DNA of 63,651 nucleotides, filler included, from Atractiella rhizophila (Eukaryota): NCBI GenBank assembly GCA_021432655.1. It is 7 parts of 7 records of this genome, joined end to end, with 100 filler letters (N's around TTAATTAATTAA, not from the genome) between each part and the next. Parts side by side here need not be neighbours in the genome. Positions count along the whole stretch, not along the records: positions 62,608 to 63,651 come from MU272086.1; 6 more parts are not named here. One strand, 5' to 3'. Shown piece by piece: positions 62,608 to 63,651 of this stretch (position 1 is its first letter; each line of letters starts with the position of its first letter). The notes under the pieces were generated by a model. It saw only the letters and a program-made list of their open reading frames with translations, ran no database searches and was not told where the DNA came from. The position numbers and the translations under genes were made by a program.

Positions 62608-63651
62608 CTCTGCTTTTGGCGGAGAGCGGATGTTCGCGATGGAAGTTGCATCTCTGGAGGAGACAGCCGTGAGATGTTCAGCCATGCTCATCGCTCTCTT
62701 TGATGCGGGCTTTTTCTTCGTCTCGACCTTTGGAGGCGGAACTGGGGGAGGAGCGTACGTCACTTCCTTCTTTGTCCCTAATATCAAGCCCAACTTATCT
62801 CCGAGCCAAGTTTCGACCAATGATCCGATTCTCGTCTTGAGGGAGGACTTGAGGAGGGGAAGGGCGGCGTTGAATAATGCGTCTTTGATGGTTGAGCCAG
62901 TGGAGAGTGAGAGCTGGAGAGCTTTGACGCGGACATGGATGGAGTCGAAGAATGGAATAGGAGAGGATGGCCTATCGATGAGATGCAAAGAGATGTCGAA
63001 GGCGAGAGTCGCGTCCAGAGTTCCACTCGTACCGTCGTAAGTGAAGTCAGTCTGCTCCAGCTTCATCCTCACATTCTCCATATCGACCACCGTCTTCTTC
63101 CCTCCTTTGGCGCCTCCATTTCCCCAAAGCGACTGTTTCTTGCTAACAGTCACATCCTCAGGCACCAAGTCCTCGAACAACAGCACTACATCCTTAAGCG
63201 ACACCTTCTTCCCACCCTCCTCTCCCTCGACATCTCCAACCTCCACTCTACCCCATTCACGCGCCAAAGTTCTCACAAACTCCTTGACTCCCTCCGTATC
63301 TCCTCTCAACAGCCTTACGACCCTCTTCCAGTCTCTCGCCAACCTCTCAATTCCATCTTTCCCTCCCATCCCCTCCTTGACAGCCACAACTTCCCGCCAT
63401 ACTCTCCCGCCCAACTCCGAGAACAAGACTTCCTTAACTTTCGTCCAAACGATATCCAGCCGCGCAGCCGTCTCGCTAGGGGAGAAAGGTGCACCAGTAA
63501 GGGGATGAGGGACATAATCGGCCACTGGTGGAGGATACGGAGAGTTAAGGAACGCCTGAATCTGTTGTGCCAATGTGGACAGATCTGTGATCGTTGATTG
63601 GACGTAAAGGGGGAGGAGAGAGATGAAAGGGAAGAGAGGGACACCGGATAG
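62608..63651 (-). CDS. Hypothetical protein, possibly HAM1-like/BPI-fold; truncated at both ends
   Basis: Long open frame with EDLVPEDVTV and VRVKALQLSL...LPLLKSSLKTRIGSLVE. Family assignment is weak recall only. Confidence 0.45.

Noticed and set aside
1..63651. tRNA, rRNA, spliceosomal snRNA or TPP riboswitch genes
   Set aside because: No convincing T-loop/cloverleaf, rRNA or riboswitch core was seen by eye; tRNAscan-SE and Infernal would be needed to exclude them.

Overview
Intron-rich basidiomycete fungal genomic DNA with short (~45-60 nt) GT-AG introns. The window is not one locus. It is a concatenation of scaffolds joined by six artificial 100-bp N-TTAATTAATTAA-N linkers, mostly in descending size order, so gene adjacency across linkers is meaningless. 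Recognisable genes: serine dehydratase (two copies), METTL25/RRNAD1-like methyltransferase, CDC23, TAP-like alpha/beta hydrolase, EMC4, CCC1, a mitochondrial HMG-box protein, PDB1, PDR16-like Sec14 protein, a cupin, TCTP, a 2,3-DHB-decarboxylase-like amidohydrolase, an MP88-like secreted protein, DUF167, PIG-P, a velvet factor, four F-box-like genes, dUTPase, SmE and UTP5. There is also a Ty1/copia retrotransposon. The main hidden signal is two segments (1061-3224 and 42659-~43470) stored mirrored, i.e. complemented without reversal, and therefore invisible to six-frame translation. Decoding the first completes a patatin-NB-ARC-(TPR-like) fungal NLR immune receptor with degenerate lipase motifs. 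The second holds the missing F-box N-terminus of the neighbouring gene. Other leads: a head-to-head pair of a PD-(D/E)xK-like nuclease gene and a truncated paralogue sharing an intron position, a candidate H/ACA snoRNA in a long UTP5 5'-UTR intron, and a densely base-paired copia 3' LTR. All calls come from manual translation and motif recall; no searches were run.
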